A stretch of DNA of 12,140 nt from the UHGV virus genome UHGV-1568604. One strand, written 5' to 3'. The notes beneath the pieces are model-generated. The model worked only from the letters and a program-made list of their open reading frames with translations. It was not told the DNA's origin and made no database searches. Each line of letters begins with the position of its first letter. The stretch's first letter is position 1. The position numbers were made by a program, and so were the translations under genes. Of the stretch, positions 1-8,019 are shown piece by piece. This DNA is from a virus.

Positions 1-110
1 GCACGTTAAATCATATCAGGCGTAATACCACAACCCTTAAGTTAGCGCTTATGGGAGAGATCCCCGCCACTCTTCGTGTGTCAGGTATCCTCAATGCACC
101 CTTTCCTCTC

Positions 111-137
111 CAAATAAAAAAGCTCCCGAAGGGGCTT
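111..137 (-). terminator. Putative rho-independent terminator after the 169-aa gene
   Basis: Minus-strand read gives AAAGCCCC-UUCG-GGAGCUUU (imperfect stem, one mismatch or bulge) followed by a U-run (UUUUUUAUUUGG), placed 20 nt after the stop at 158. Confidence 0.5.
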
Positions 138-157
138 TAAAATACAAGGGATGACTC

Positions 158-667
158 TTAATCCCACTCAATCCAGTTGTAGACGATACGAAGTGACGGG
201 CGCACAGCGGCAGTCACATCTTCGGTACTAAAGTCGATTGCATCACTGTAGATTTTGCAGTCCAACATTTCAATTGTTGTAGCAGCTTTTGTCACAGCGT
301 TAACCCCGGAAGATTTGGATTCAGGGGTAGCAGCCATCGTGATATCAACATAGTCCTTCGCCGCAATGCGATCCTTAATGAACTGAAGAATATCGCCTTC
401 GATAGTCTCCACGCACTGGACCTGGATTTCCCCAGAGTTTCGAATTGGTCCGTGCTGGTTGAACTTCACACCATTCGGACCATAGTCCTCCACATTCTCT
501 CGAGTCATTTCAGGGATTTGCGACGTGCGAACCAGTACGCTGATATCTTCATGGCCTGCAAAAGTGAGCTGGAATTCAGAAGATACCAGTCGTTCGCCTT
601 TGACCGCGTTGGCAGTATAGCGGCCCTTAATAAATTTACGGTTTCCCTTAGTGTTATTGTGCCCCAT
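158..667 (-). CDS. Small phage tail protein, tail-tube or baseplate tube-initiator-like (169 aa)
   Basis: Intact ORF with AAAAGGA 6 nt upstream of ATG 667, tightly packed behind the preceding gene. Size and C-terminus (..LRIVYNWIEWD) recall T4 gp19-type tube-fold proteins. Family assignment is from recall, not a search. Confidence 0.6.
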   Translation of the reverse strand: MGHNNTKGNRKFIKGRYTANAVKGERLVSSEFQLTFAGHEDISVLVRTSQIPEMTRENVEDYGPNGVKFNQHGPIRNSGEIQVQCVETIEGDILQFIKDRIAAKDYVDITMAATPESKSSGVNAVTKAATTIEMLDCKIYSDAIDFSTEDVTAAVRPSLRIVYNWIEWD

Positions 668-678
668 ATAAAATCCTT

Positions 679-1260
679 TTACTGGAACGCCCGAACAATA
701 TCGGAGCTGTTATATATCGAAGAACCGGTCAACTGGAGGTTGACGGTGTTTTTCAGGAAATATCCATTACTGTCCCTTGGCGCATCGAGATCAAAACTTA
801 AGTCCTGGATGGCGACATCGGTGATGTTGATCCGGCGACCAATGTTTAGCGTCACGCGCTCCGGGATTCGACCACCAACATTGGCCGCTTTTAGTTCCGG
901 GCTAATCATGGCTGTCAACGCGGCGATAGCGCCTGAAACTTCAATGAATGGATTGTTCAAAGCAATGAAAGTTACAGGCAGCGTGAACGTCGGCGGTGTT
1001 CCCCCTTCCCAAACCATTAAGCTGTTCCAACGGGTCACCGACGTTGTTTCAGTACCAACCTGCGCAAAACCACTGAAAGCACCAGCAACAGACCCCATGG
1101 ACATACCGGTAAACGGCGCTTCCCAATTCTGGGCCATGTTCATTGCTGCCCCCTGGCTGATATATCCGGTAACCTGATACTGAGAGTTCGTTAAAGTAAC
1201 TTTCAGATATGGCGATACACCGTCAGCCTGGCTGTAAACCCCATAAGCTATAGGAGCCAT
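679..1260 (-). CDS. Phage structural or morphogenesis protein (193 aa), function unknown
   Basis: Intact ORF in the same co-oriented late-gene string. Its stop is 11 nt before the next gene start. Gly/Ser/Thr-rich with no transmembrane segment. Confidence 0.6.
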   Translation of the reverse strand: MAPIAYGVYSQADGVSPYLKVTLTNSQYQVTGYISQGAAMNMAQNWEAPFTGMSMGSVAGAFSGFAQVGTETTSVTRWNSLMVWEGGTPPTFTLPVTFIALNNPFIEVSGAIAALTAMISPELKAANVGGRIPERVTLNIGRRINITDVAIQDLSFDLDAPRDSNGYFLKNTVNLQLTGSSIYNSSDIVRAFQ

Positions 1261-1270
1261 TCAAGTTAAA

Positions 1271-1288
1271 GGCCGGAGTTCTCCGGCC
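1271..1288 (-). promoter_or_regulatory. Perfect 8-bp-stem hairpin between the Shine-Dalgarno sequence and the start codon of the 193-aa gene
   Basis: Minus-strand read: TAA-AGGAGGA-GGCCGGAG-AA-CTCCGGCC-TTTAACTTGA-ATG. The SD is about 29 nt from the ATG in linear sequence and only comes into range if the hairpin forms. Confidence 0.35.
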
Positions 1289-1295
1289 TCCTCCT

Positions 1296-2111
1296 TTAGC
1301 CAAGGCGCTTACGGCGCAGTTTCATTGACTTTTTGCGGGCAAGTTTTGCCGCGCCGGTCTGGGCTTTTCGACGCGCTTTTTTCAGCGCCGATTTTTGAGC
1401 CGCAGTCAGACGTTTTTTACGCAGGCGTTTACGGATGAGTTTGATCTCACCGTTACGAACAACCTTCTTAAATGATTCAGTCAGCATTTCATCAGAAGTG
1501 CCAGCAACAACAAACGCCGCTTCCAGTTCGTCGCGGTCGTCGCTATCTAAACCAGCGATAGAGGCACCAACATCAGCAGCTGCGTCGTCGTCTTCATCGT
1601 CAGCCAGTGCTTCGATCAGGTCATCATCTACACCGCATGCTGCGAGGAAGTCAGCAACATTTGCCCATGCTTCGTTATAGGCATCGTCCTGTTCTTCTGT
1701 AACTTCGGAGTCGTCGTCATCAGAGATACCAGCGATAGCCTGAACGAAACCATCAAGGGAGTCGAAAGTCAGATCACCGCTATCAGCCCAGGCGAAAACG
1801 GCGTCGGCCGCATCACTCAACGCATTCTGCATAGCACTTCGATTTGCAGCTTCCAGAATCATCTGGTGCGCCTGTTCGACGGTCCATTCTTTACCGTCTT
1901 TCCCTTCCAGGATTTGCTCAGGAGCCGTGGCAGATGGAGCGTTATCGTTAGTCTGTGCCGCCGGTTCCGGATTATTATTAATAACCGGATCTGTTGTCGG
2001 TTCGGCGCTTGCTCGGGCAGACTCCATCAACTGCACAGGATCAGAGTTCAAAGCGAAACGAGACAGTCCATTCCCCAAAAATGCCCCGGATTGAAAAAAG
2101 TTTTTGCTCAT
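1296..2111 (-). CDS. Phage protein with an acidic core and a poly-basic C-terminal tail (271 aa)
   Basis: AGGAA precedes ATG 2111 and overlaps the sheath stop. The middle third is D/E-rich (DDDDSEVTEEQDD, ADDEDDDAAAD) and the last ~55 residues are K/R-rich (KRLRKKRL, RRKRLG). It sits directly downstream of the sheath gene. Confidence 0.7.
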   Translation of the reverse strand: MSKNFFQSGAFLGNGLSRFALNSDPVQLMESARASAEPTTDPVINNNPEPAAQTNDNAPSATAPEQILEGKDGKEWTVEQAHQMILEAANRSAMQNALSDAADAVFAWADSGDLTFDSLDGFVQAIAGISDDDDSEVTEEQDDAYNEAWANVADFLAACGVDDDLIEALADDEDDDAAADVGASIAGLDSDDRDELEAAFVVAGTSDEMLTESFKKVVRNGEIKLIRKRLRKKRLTAAQKSALKKARRKAQTGAAKLARKKSMKLRRKRLG

Positions 2112-2120
2112 TGTATTTCC

Positions 2121-3710
2121 TTACTTAATAAGCAGCGGTACGCCCTGGATACGACGGGCTACGCCAGTCGGGCAGCAGGCCCAGACTACTTCCCATTTAT
2201 CGAATTCCGCCTGCGTAACTTTCAGCACATACGGTTCTGTACCGTCAGCATCAGGATCACGAGGAGCCACCAGAGCGCCGGAGGCGACAAAGCGATCCAA
2301 AAGTTTGGTCATCCCTTTAGTCAGGCCAGACTCAGTAATGCCGTCCGGGTTATGCTTCATCTGTCGGGCTAACTGGACAAAGAAACGGCTGATTGCGTTC
2401 ATCAGGGATGGGACGTGCTGGAAATGCAGATAGTTGTCCTGCGTGCAGCAAGTTAAAGCATCATCGATGATCATCTGGCCCGAAGTACCTACAGATACTT
2501 TATTGAGTCGGCCCTTGACCATAGCTTCTTCGTCCGGGGTGTCTTCAGGATACAGCGGCTGAAGTGATGCACGAGCAATGACGGCACGTTCTTCACCAGC
2601 CGGTGAGTAATGCCAACCGCCGACATCGGAGTTTTTCTTGACGCCACGAGCTATCGCCGCATACGCCGCGCCAGACAGACCGAAGATCACGCGGGATTGG
2701 GTCCATTTGTCTTTGCAGGAGAACGGGAAATGATAGACAGCACAGCTTACATAATCGGTACCAAGTAAACCGGTATCTTCAACAGCAGAGATCGCTTCCG
2801 TGTACGTCAATGTCGGTTTGACATCAAAGAAGCCATCAATCAGGCGATCAGAACAGATATTACCTAACGCAGTGATCGCCGCATTGTCATAGCAACCCAG
2901 GCCGAGAACAGCGGTGTACATGTACGGCGCATTGTTCAGCACTTTCACCGCACGCAGGTAAGCAGCAGTGGAAATGTTCGACTGATCGCCGTTGGTACCG
3001 CCAGTGAACGCCAGCGATTTTTTATTTGTTACTTTCGCCGTCGAAATCAGCTCTTCATTAACAACCGCGCGCAGATATTTAGAACGGGCTTCCAGAGCCG
3101 TAGGCAGATAACACAAGCGGCCCATGTCATCTTTCGCTTCTTCCGCCAAAGACACAGTGTGTGTCTCCAGGGTCGTTACCACACCGAGCGAAGTCGTCTG
3201 GGTCAGTTTTAAGAGGAAGCGTTCATTACCCGCGCTGTCCGCTGTTGCCGTTTCGATGGTTAACTCACGGGTAGGAGAAATACACGGATCACCATCATCA
3301 ACGTAGATAGCAAAGGCTTCGCCGCTATCAAGTTCAATTTCAGAACCGTATGGCAACGCACTGTAAGCCGGTTCGCCTGATTCATCGAACATAATAATCG
3401 GGAACTTCGCATCATCCGGAACAGCACGGACAACATAACCAGACGTTTGCTGAATAGCTTCGTACACATGGCGAATTGGTTCGAACTGTGAGCCGGAGGA
3501 CGGCTTCAGCGGTTCGCCGAGAACATCTTCGTAATTGGACTCAGTAACCGCAAGAACAGTAAACGGCTTGCCACGCGCAAATACGCCAATACCAGCCCAC
3601 AAGCTGCTATTTAATACAACACCGGTAGATAACGTCGCATCGGCATTGATCGGGCTAACAGCGACACCGGATGCATTACCTAATGACTGTTGAATTGAAT
3701 ATTGAGACAT
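2121..3710 (-). CDS. Contractile tail sheath protein (529 aa)
   Basis: Intact 529-aa ORF with AGGGAAAG before ATG 3710. Size and C-terminal region resemble myovirus sheath proteins, and it follows the capsid gene in a late operon. Likely equivalent to P1 gene 22, by recall only. Confidence 0.8.
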   Translation of the reverse strand: MSQYSIQQSLGNASGVAVSPINADATLSTGVVLNSSLWAGIGVFARGKPFTVLAVTESNYEDVLGEPLKPSSGSQFEPIRHVYEAIQQTSGYVVRAVPDDAKFPIIMFDESGEPAYSALPYGSEIELDSGEAFAIYVDDGDPCISPTRELTIETATADSAGNERFLLKLTQTTSLGVVTTLETHTVSLAEEAKDDMGRLCYLPTALEARSKYLRAVVNEELISTAKVTNKKSLAFTGGTNGDQSNISTAAYLRAVKVLNNAPYMYTAVLGLGCYDNAAITALGNICSDRLIDGFFDVKPTLTYTEAISAVEDTGLLGTDYVSCAVYHFPFSCKDKWTQSRVIFGLSGAAYAAIARGVKKNSDVGGWHYSPAGEERAVIARASLQPLYPEDTPDEEAMVKGRLNKVSVGTSGQMIIDDALTCCTQDNYLHFQHVPSLMNAISRFFVQLARQMKHNPDGITESGLTKGMTKLLDRFVASGALVAPRDPDADGTEPYVLKVTQAEFDKWEVVWACCPTGVARRIQGVPLLIK

Positions 3711-3725
3711 AACTTTCCCTGTTAT

Positions 3726-3743
3726 GCGCCCCGCACGGGGCGC
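3726..3743 (-). other. GC-rich hairpin in the capsid-sheath intergenic spacer
   Basis: GCGCCCC-GCAC-GGGGCGC (7-bp all-GC stem) between the capsid stop (3770) and sheath start (3710), with no U-tract after it on the minus strand. Confidence 0.35.
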
Positions 3744-3769
3744 TATGTTAAACGGAGAACTTCCCCTGA

Positions 3770-4951
3770 TTACTCAGAGTCACCGGCATCAATCGTGTCG
3801 CCGCTTATAAAGTTAAGCCCGCCTTTTTTGGCCATTGTCAGCGTTACACGAGTGAAGTAATCAGCGCCGTTGCGTGGGTGCATATCGTTGATAGCCGAAC
3901 CCCACAGCGTGGTACGGTTGACCAGCGCCGGAGTGGTCGGATGCTGGAACGGGATGGCCGGGACAGCATCACCAGTCACGAAGCCTGCTTTACCCGGATT
4001 TTCATCACGGACGTAGCACAGCACATCCATCGAGCTGAACTGAATGTTCTCTGTCGTTAAGTTCTTACAAATACCAGCAGGTACTTCGTACACTTTCACG
4101 TTACCGAACAGGGTACCGATGTAGTGAACATACGGAGTCTGGATATAGTCTTCGGCTGACTGGAAGAAATCCTTCGGCAACTGTTTGAAGAAAGATGCTG
4201 CATCAGCACCAGCAAACATCCCCATCGCACCAGAAGATTTAACGCGCTCAATAATGTCGCGATATACAGTCTGGAATTTGCCACGAATGATGGTTGCCCA
4301 TACATCAAAGGACTGGTTAACCGGCAGAGCGATGTCAAAGGTGTCGGTCGCAAGAGTACGCCAGATCATGATGCGAAGACGCAGCATATCCTGTTCATGA
4401 GACAGGTATTCCTTCAGGGTGCGGAACTGTAGGGAACCCAGGTCCAGACCAAATTCACGCTGTGCTTCATACGCCGCCTGTACCGTGTGCTCAGCCGCGA
4501 TAACGAACTGACTTGGGAACAGGGTGTATTTCTTCATTTCGTGGTTGATCAGCGGGATCAGCTCAGGAGCGGCTTCAATATTGATTTCCGTCTCAATTGC
4601 GATCTCAGTGCCTTTATCCGGCGCTTTGGAGAACGACAGGGCAATCTGACCAATGTTGTAGTTCAGAGAGCAGGTAACAGTGATTTGCTCACCAGCAGCA
4701 TTAGTAAACGAGTGAAGTAGGCTGCCGGAACCGTTATCAACAACAGACTTAATACGGTTAACGTAGATGTTAGTGCGACCTTTTCGGATTGGTACATTCT
4801 GGCCTTCGAAGTCTTCCATCTTGAAGGTTGCGGTTTTGCTGGTGCCATCGGAGCTTGCCAGCAGCATAAGAACCAAAAGATGAACCTGCCACGTTAAAGA
4901 CTTCATAGATGTCGGACTGGTCACGCGTAACCGGAATGAAGGTACACGCAT
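3770..4951 (-). CDS. Major capsid protein precursor, C-terminal part (frameshifted relative to the N-terminal part)
   Basis: Long ORF whose protein-like translation begins around ASSDGTSKTATFKMEDFEG (about 4858 downward). The first ~30 codons after the nominal ATG 4951 are out-of-frame read-through with no SD. Together with 4770..5411 it spans 1642 nt (3n+1). Confidence 0.7.
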   Translation of the reverse strand: MRVPSFRLRVTSPTSMKSLTWQVHLLVLMLLASSDGTSKTATFKMEDFEGQNVPIRKGRTNIYVNRIKSVVDNGSGSLLHSFTNAAGEQITVTCSLNYNIGQIALSFSKAPDKGTEIAIETEINIEAAPELIPLINHEMKKYTLFPSQFVIAAEHTVQAAYEAQREFGLDLGSLQFRTLKEYLSHEQDMLRLRIMIWRTLATDTFDIALPVNQSFDVWATIIRGKFQTVYRDIIERVKSSGAMGMFAGADAASFFKQLPKDFFQSAEDYIQTPYVHYIGTLFGNVKVYEVPAGICKNLTTENIQFSSMDVLCYVRDENPGKAGFVTGDAVPAIPFQHPTTPALVNRTTLWGSAINDMHPRNGADYFTRVTLTMAKKGGLNFISGDTIDAGDSE

Positions 4952-5411
4952 CAGCGGTAGCTGCCCCCAACTGAACAGGCAGGATCATCGCGAGGAATAA
5001 AGGCAGACGCATAACACCGTCAGAAACGCTCATCATCTCTGCTGCGACGGATTCCAGCATCGCTTTATTAGTGGCATCCATGCTATTGCGGGTGGACTCA
5101 ATCAGGCAGTTTTCCAGCGTCTGGTGGCAGGAGGCCAGAATTTCCGGACGCGGCATAGATTTATGTGCTGCGGCGTAGTCAGCCAGTGCACTTGCCCACG
5201 CTGTAGCGATTTGAGCGGTGGCATTATCAGAGATACCCGCAAAAACCGGGTCTTTACGTGCAGCTTCAAGGATAGATGCGGCACGCGCGGCATCATCTTT
5301 AATGAATTGGTTATCAGTACCGAACTGCGCAGTGCTTGCCCAGCCAAGCACAGCTTTAGAGCGTTTTGCGATATCTGCAATACGATTCTGGTATTCGCGT
5401 AAGTTACTCAA
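4770..5411 (-). CDS. Major capsid protein precursor, N-terminal part with delta/scaffold-like domain (frameshifted)
   Basis: AGGAAG sits 6 nt upstream of TTG 5411, giving MSNLREYQNRIADIAK...; the ORF track's TTG 5432 start would translate through that SD. Ala-rich helical N-terminus resembles a capsid delta domain. The frame stays protein-like to about ..GSSFGSYAAG (near 4857), then becomes R-rich junk until the stop at 4770. Confidence 0.65.
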   Translation of the reverse strand: MSNLREYQNRIADIAKRSKAVLGWASTAQFGTDNQFIKDDAARAASILEAARKDPVFAGISDNATAQIATAWASALADYAAAHKSMPRPEILASCHQTLENCLIESTRNSMDATNKAMLESVAAEMMSVSDGVMRLPLFLAMILPVQLGAATADACTFIPVTRDQSDIYEVFNVAGSSFGSYAAGKLRWHQQNRNLQDGRLRRPECTNPKRSH

Positions 5412-5426
5412 TTTACTCTTCCTTAA

Positions 5427-5491
5427 ACACAAGGCACTTGTGTGAATCCCTTTTCGGAAGAGATTTTATTGAAAGTCACTTGTTGACTTTC
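5427..5491 (-). promoter_or_regulatory. Candidate late promoter/operator upstream of the capsid gene
   Basis: Perfect inverted repeat GAAAGTCA-cttgt-TGACTTTC at 5471-5491 and a second one ACACAAG-gca-CTTGTGT at 5427-5443, the latter 4 nt upstream of the capsid SD. An A/T homopolymer tract lies at 5505-5519. Confidence 0.3.
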
Positions 5492-5544
5492 TCGTGACAA
5501 GCAATTTTTTTATTTTTTTCGGGAGTAGGGGAGGAAGGTAAAAT

Positions 5545-5635
5545 CCAAGGTGAAATCGTGGCGATTTCACCTTGAAATTTTAGAGGGATTTACTTTAAAA
5601 ACAGTAGGTTAATAGTGAAATTTGAATGGCGAAAG
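5545..5635. other. parS: parS partition site (P1-type box A heptamers and box B hexamers flanking an AT-rich IHF-like core)
   Basis: Box A-like heptamers (ATTTCAC/ATTTCAA) at 5550-5556, 5564-5570, 5572-5578 and 5615-5621. Box B (TCGCCA, seen as TGGCGA) at 5559-5564 and 5627-5632. AT-rich core about 5580-5612. Immediately downstream of parB. Motif identity is from recall of the P1 system. Confidence 0.75.
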
Positions 5636-5636
5636 T

Positions 5637-6638
5637 TTAAGGCTTCGGCTTTTTATCGAGGCTCTTTCTAAGGATATGCCCAATCATCCTGTCGAGTTCT
5701 TCCTGTAGCTCTTTTGAAAGTCGATTAAACTCATAAGAAAATGCACGGCCTTTCACGCGCTTCCTTGCAAAGCGATCCTTGTCCTCAAATTTCCATAATT
5801 CAGTAACTACGGACTTATCTTTAGAACCTTTATCCGTGAGTAGTGAGGCTTCCTTTGTTATCAAGCGCAGGATTTTATTTTTAACTTCATCTTCGGCCAT
5901 TTCTTCAATGGATAAGATGTCGTTTATTTCCGGGGATATGTTTTGAATAAGCTGATCAAACTCTAAATTCTTGTTCCCCATTTCGTCGCCAACAGCACAA
6001 AGCGTTTTGTAGTCCGAAAAGGTTAATTCCGACTGCACAGGGAAAAGGGCGACTAATTCTTCCGGAGCACTCGCTGCCTGGAGAGCACGCGTGACCTTCG
6101 CCTGAGACAGCCCTTCTTTGGCTGCAATATCCTTCTGACTCATCCCATCATTTTTCATTCGCATCAAACGCAGACCTATTTCTCGAATGCTGTGCTGCAA
6201 TGCTGTCTGAACGTCTTTCGCTAAATTTTGCGCTTCCTGAACGCTGATCTCCTGGTCCGTGACTAAAACCCGCAACCCTACGTTCTCTAAGATGGCAGAA
6301 GCTCGACGCCGGGAACCATCCAAAATTTCAATTTTCCCTGTAGCCCGTCTAACACCTATTGCAGGGTAAAATTGCTGATGCTTAATAGTGCTTCGGATAC
6401 TTTTTAATGATTTTGGCGTAAGAGATGTCTGGTCACGCCCGTTGTTATGCTGATCAACAAAGGTATCGCTTTCTACCTGGTTCGGAGGTATTACCTCTTC
6501 AATAAATGTGGCCTGGCGACCAGTTGATAACTTGAATACCTGCTCGACTCGATCGCCAGAGGCTGAAGAACTATCAAATCCGCTTAATATTGAAGGATTA
6601 AGGGTTCGCCCAATTGTTGGTCTGTTTTTCTTTGACAT
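5637..6638 (-). CDS. parB: Partition protein ParB (centromere-binding, 333 aa)
   Basis: 333-aa ORF directly downstream of parA with parS after its stop. Sequence is recognised as P1-type ParB from memory and includes a helix-turn-helix-like segment (MSQKDIAAKEGLSQAKVTRAL). Confidence 0.93.
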   Translation of the reverse strand: MSKKNRPTIGRTLNPSILSGFDSSSASGDRVEQVFKLSTGRQATFIEEVIPPNQVESDTFVDQHNNGRDQTSLTPKSLKSIRSTIKHQQFYPAIGVRRATGKIEILDGSRRRASAILENVGLRVLVTDQEISVQEAQNLAKDVQTALQHSIREIGLRLMRMKNDGMSQKDIAAKEGLSQAKVTRALQAASAPEELVALFPVQSELTFSDYKTLCAVGDEMGNKNLEFDQLIQNISPEINDILSIEEMAEDEVKNKILRLITKEASLLTDKGSKDKSVVTELWKFEDKDRFARKRVKGRAFSYEFNRLSKELQEELDRMIGHILRKSLDKKPKP

Positions 6639-6654
6639 GGGGGTTTCTTACTCC

Positions 6655-7851
6655 TCAGTTAGATCTGATAAATTCAATACGGTCAAAAACTGCTTTAGCA
6701 AAATCTTCCGCAGCAATTCGCGCGTTCTTCAATGCATCAGCACTACCAACATACGTTGCCGGGTTAGCTGAAATAACAGTGTCAAAAGACTCGCCGCAGC
6801 GTTCAAAACCGTCAAGGCGAGGGAGGACAACATCAAGCATATCCCCACCGAACACTTCTTTAGCCAGGCTATGGCAATACTTATGGTCTGCCTTGTTACT
6901 CAACTTGGACATAAAACCAATGTTAGTTGCAAGCTGACACTCGCAGCCTTCATCCGAAATGAGTTTCACCAACTCAGGAAGGCGGGCAACGTATTTAAGC
7001 GATGAGTGGAAATCAACCGTTGCAGGCGGCAGAGGTGTAAACAGTATATTGGCCGAGGCCAAAGCATTTTTCAGGAAGGCGTCAAGGTGAGGACCACTAT
7101 CAACGAGGATAAAGTCATAATCGCTCTTCAGCTTATCAATCACATTTTCTTTCAGGACTGCATGGATGTTCTGACCCGGTAGATGCTCATTGCACAGCTC
7201 TCTCCAATCGGATGCAATAAAGGCATCGTCAATCGACGCAGGCATAACGTCAACCCCAGGTACAACAGAAGGAACAATAAACTCCTCTAACAGCTCTTCA
7301 CGGCTTACATTCTGCAACATAGCCTGTGCAGATGTTGCGTTTACGATACCAATAGAGTGTTTATGGCTTAAAAACATCGTTGCTGAAGATTGCGGATCAA
7401 GGTCAATAACCAGAATCCTTAAATCTTCCATCAGAAGATGAGGATGAGCACGCATTGCATGCGCCAGAGAAACCGTCGATACAGTTTTTGACACACCGCC
7501 TTTAAGATTGGAGATGAAAATCACATACGCTTCGCTGTAGCGATCCCGGTATTTTGGCACTCCGCGATGTTCATATATGTCAATGATGTTCTGAATTGAC
7601 ATCGCATATTTCATTGAAGAGCCAGCAGGGCGTTTATCGAAAACATAACCCTTTTCTTCCATTTCACTTACGGCATAGTCAACGTTCGCACGAGTCAGTA
7701 GAGGCAATTTTGCCAGTGCCGCTTTCGCATAGACCTGGTAAAACTCGTTCGCGTGTAGCTCATCCTTTTGCAACTGTACTTGTTCAGTCAGAACATTGAG
7801 CATTCTATTTGCTCTTTGAGCAACCTTGTGAAGCTGGCTGGAATCACTCAT
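6655..7851 (-). CDS. parA: Partition ATPase ParA (type Ia, 398 aa)
   Basis: Deviant Walker A motif (NLKGGVSKT), Walker-type ATPase architecture and a long N-terminal regulatory extension typical of type Ia ParA. Recognised as P1-type ParA from memory. AAGGA precedes ATG 7851. Confidence 0.95.
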   Translation of the reverse strand: MSDSSQLHKVAQRANRMLNVLTEQVQLQKDELHANEFYQVYAKAALAKLPLLTRANVDYAVSEMEEKGYVFDKRPAGSSMKYAMSIQNIIDIYEHRGVPKYRDRYSEAYVIFISNLKGGVSKTVSTVSLAHAMRAHPHLLMEDLRILVIDLDPQSSATMFLSHKHSIGIVNATSAQAMLQNVSREELLEEFIVPSVVPGVDVMPASIDDAFIASDWRELCNEHLPGQNIHAVLKENVIDKLKSDYDFILVDSGPHLDAFLKNALASANILFTPLPPATVDFHSSLKYVARLPELVKLISDEGCECQLATNIGFMSKLSNKADHKYCHSLAKEVFGGDMLDVVLPRLDGFERCGESFDTVISANPATYVGSADALKNARIAAEDFAKAVFDRIEFIRSN

Positions 7852-7985
7852 CGAAAGCCATCCTTTATGCTGTATTTTTGAATTTAATTAAAAATGCTGC
7901 ATAAAATAATAATGTATGCGTAGATGCTTGTACATAGCATTCTCTGCATGTTTGGTTCATTTTGCACGATTGAGAGTTACAAGGA
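7852..7985 (-). promoter_or_regulatory. par operon promoter/operator region
   Basis: AT-rich ~130-bp leader upstream of parA with near-palindromic elements (ATGCTTGTACATAGCAT, TTTAATTAAA). Type Ia ParA proteins autoregulate at such operators (established knowledge); exact promoter not mapped. Confidence 0.4.
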
Positions 7986-7991
7986 GGGCAC

Positions 7992-8012
7992 AAAAAAGCC
8001 CCGTTCAGGGGC
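7992..8012 (-). terminator. Rho-independent terminator after the 269-aa gene
   Basis: Minus-strand read GCCCC-UGAAC-GGGGC followed by UUUUUUG, beginning 8 nt after the stop codon at 8020-8022. It insulates the par promoter from upstream transcription. Confidence 0.7.
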
Positions 8013-8019
8013 ATCAGTG

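Noticed and set aside
452-1177. 241-aa plus-strand ORF
   Set aside because: Entirely antisense to two well-supported minus-strand structural genes, with no SD and a low-complexity translation. Treated as a shadow ORF.
1435-1680. 81-aa Ser-rich plus-strand ORF
   Set aside because: It is the antisense of the acidic (GAN-codon) block of the 271-aa gene, which yields Ser/Ala codons on the other strand. A compositional artefact.
1866-2433. Plus-strand ORFs of 168 and 109 aa
   Set aside because: Antisense to the sheath and 271-aa genes, Arg/Cys-rich low-complexity translations, no ribosome-binding sites.
3124-3469. Short ORFs inside the sheath gene (60 aa plus strand, 69 aa minus strand)
   Set aside because: Nested in alternate frames of a strongly supported gene, with no independent signals.
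3878-4848. Short ORFs inside the capsid gene (60, 85, 71, 77 and 61 aa)
   Set aside because: Alternate-frame or antisense shadows of the capsid coding region, with no independent signals.
5102-5445. ORFs of 92, 92 and 75 aa overlapping the capsid N-terminal region
   Set aside because: Alternate-frame or antisense shadows of the capsid delta-domain coding region.
5501-5519. T-run after a weak stem on the plus strand, resembling a terminator
   Set aside because: No plus-strand gene feeds into it and the stem is only 5 bp with a long loop. More likely an A/T tract belonging to the promoter or parS-flanking region.
6508-6937. Plus-strand ORFs of 87 and 107 aa across the parB/parA junction
   Set aside because: Antisense to the par genes, which are confidently identified.
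7190-7799. Plus-strand ORFs of 83 and 67 aa inside parA
   Set aside because: Antisense shadows of parA.
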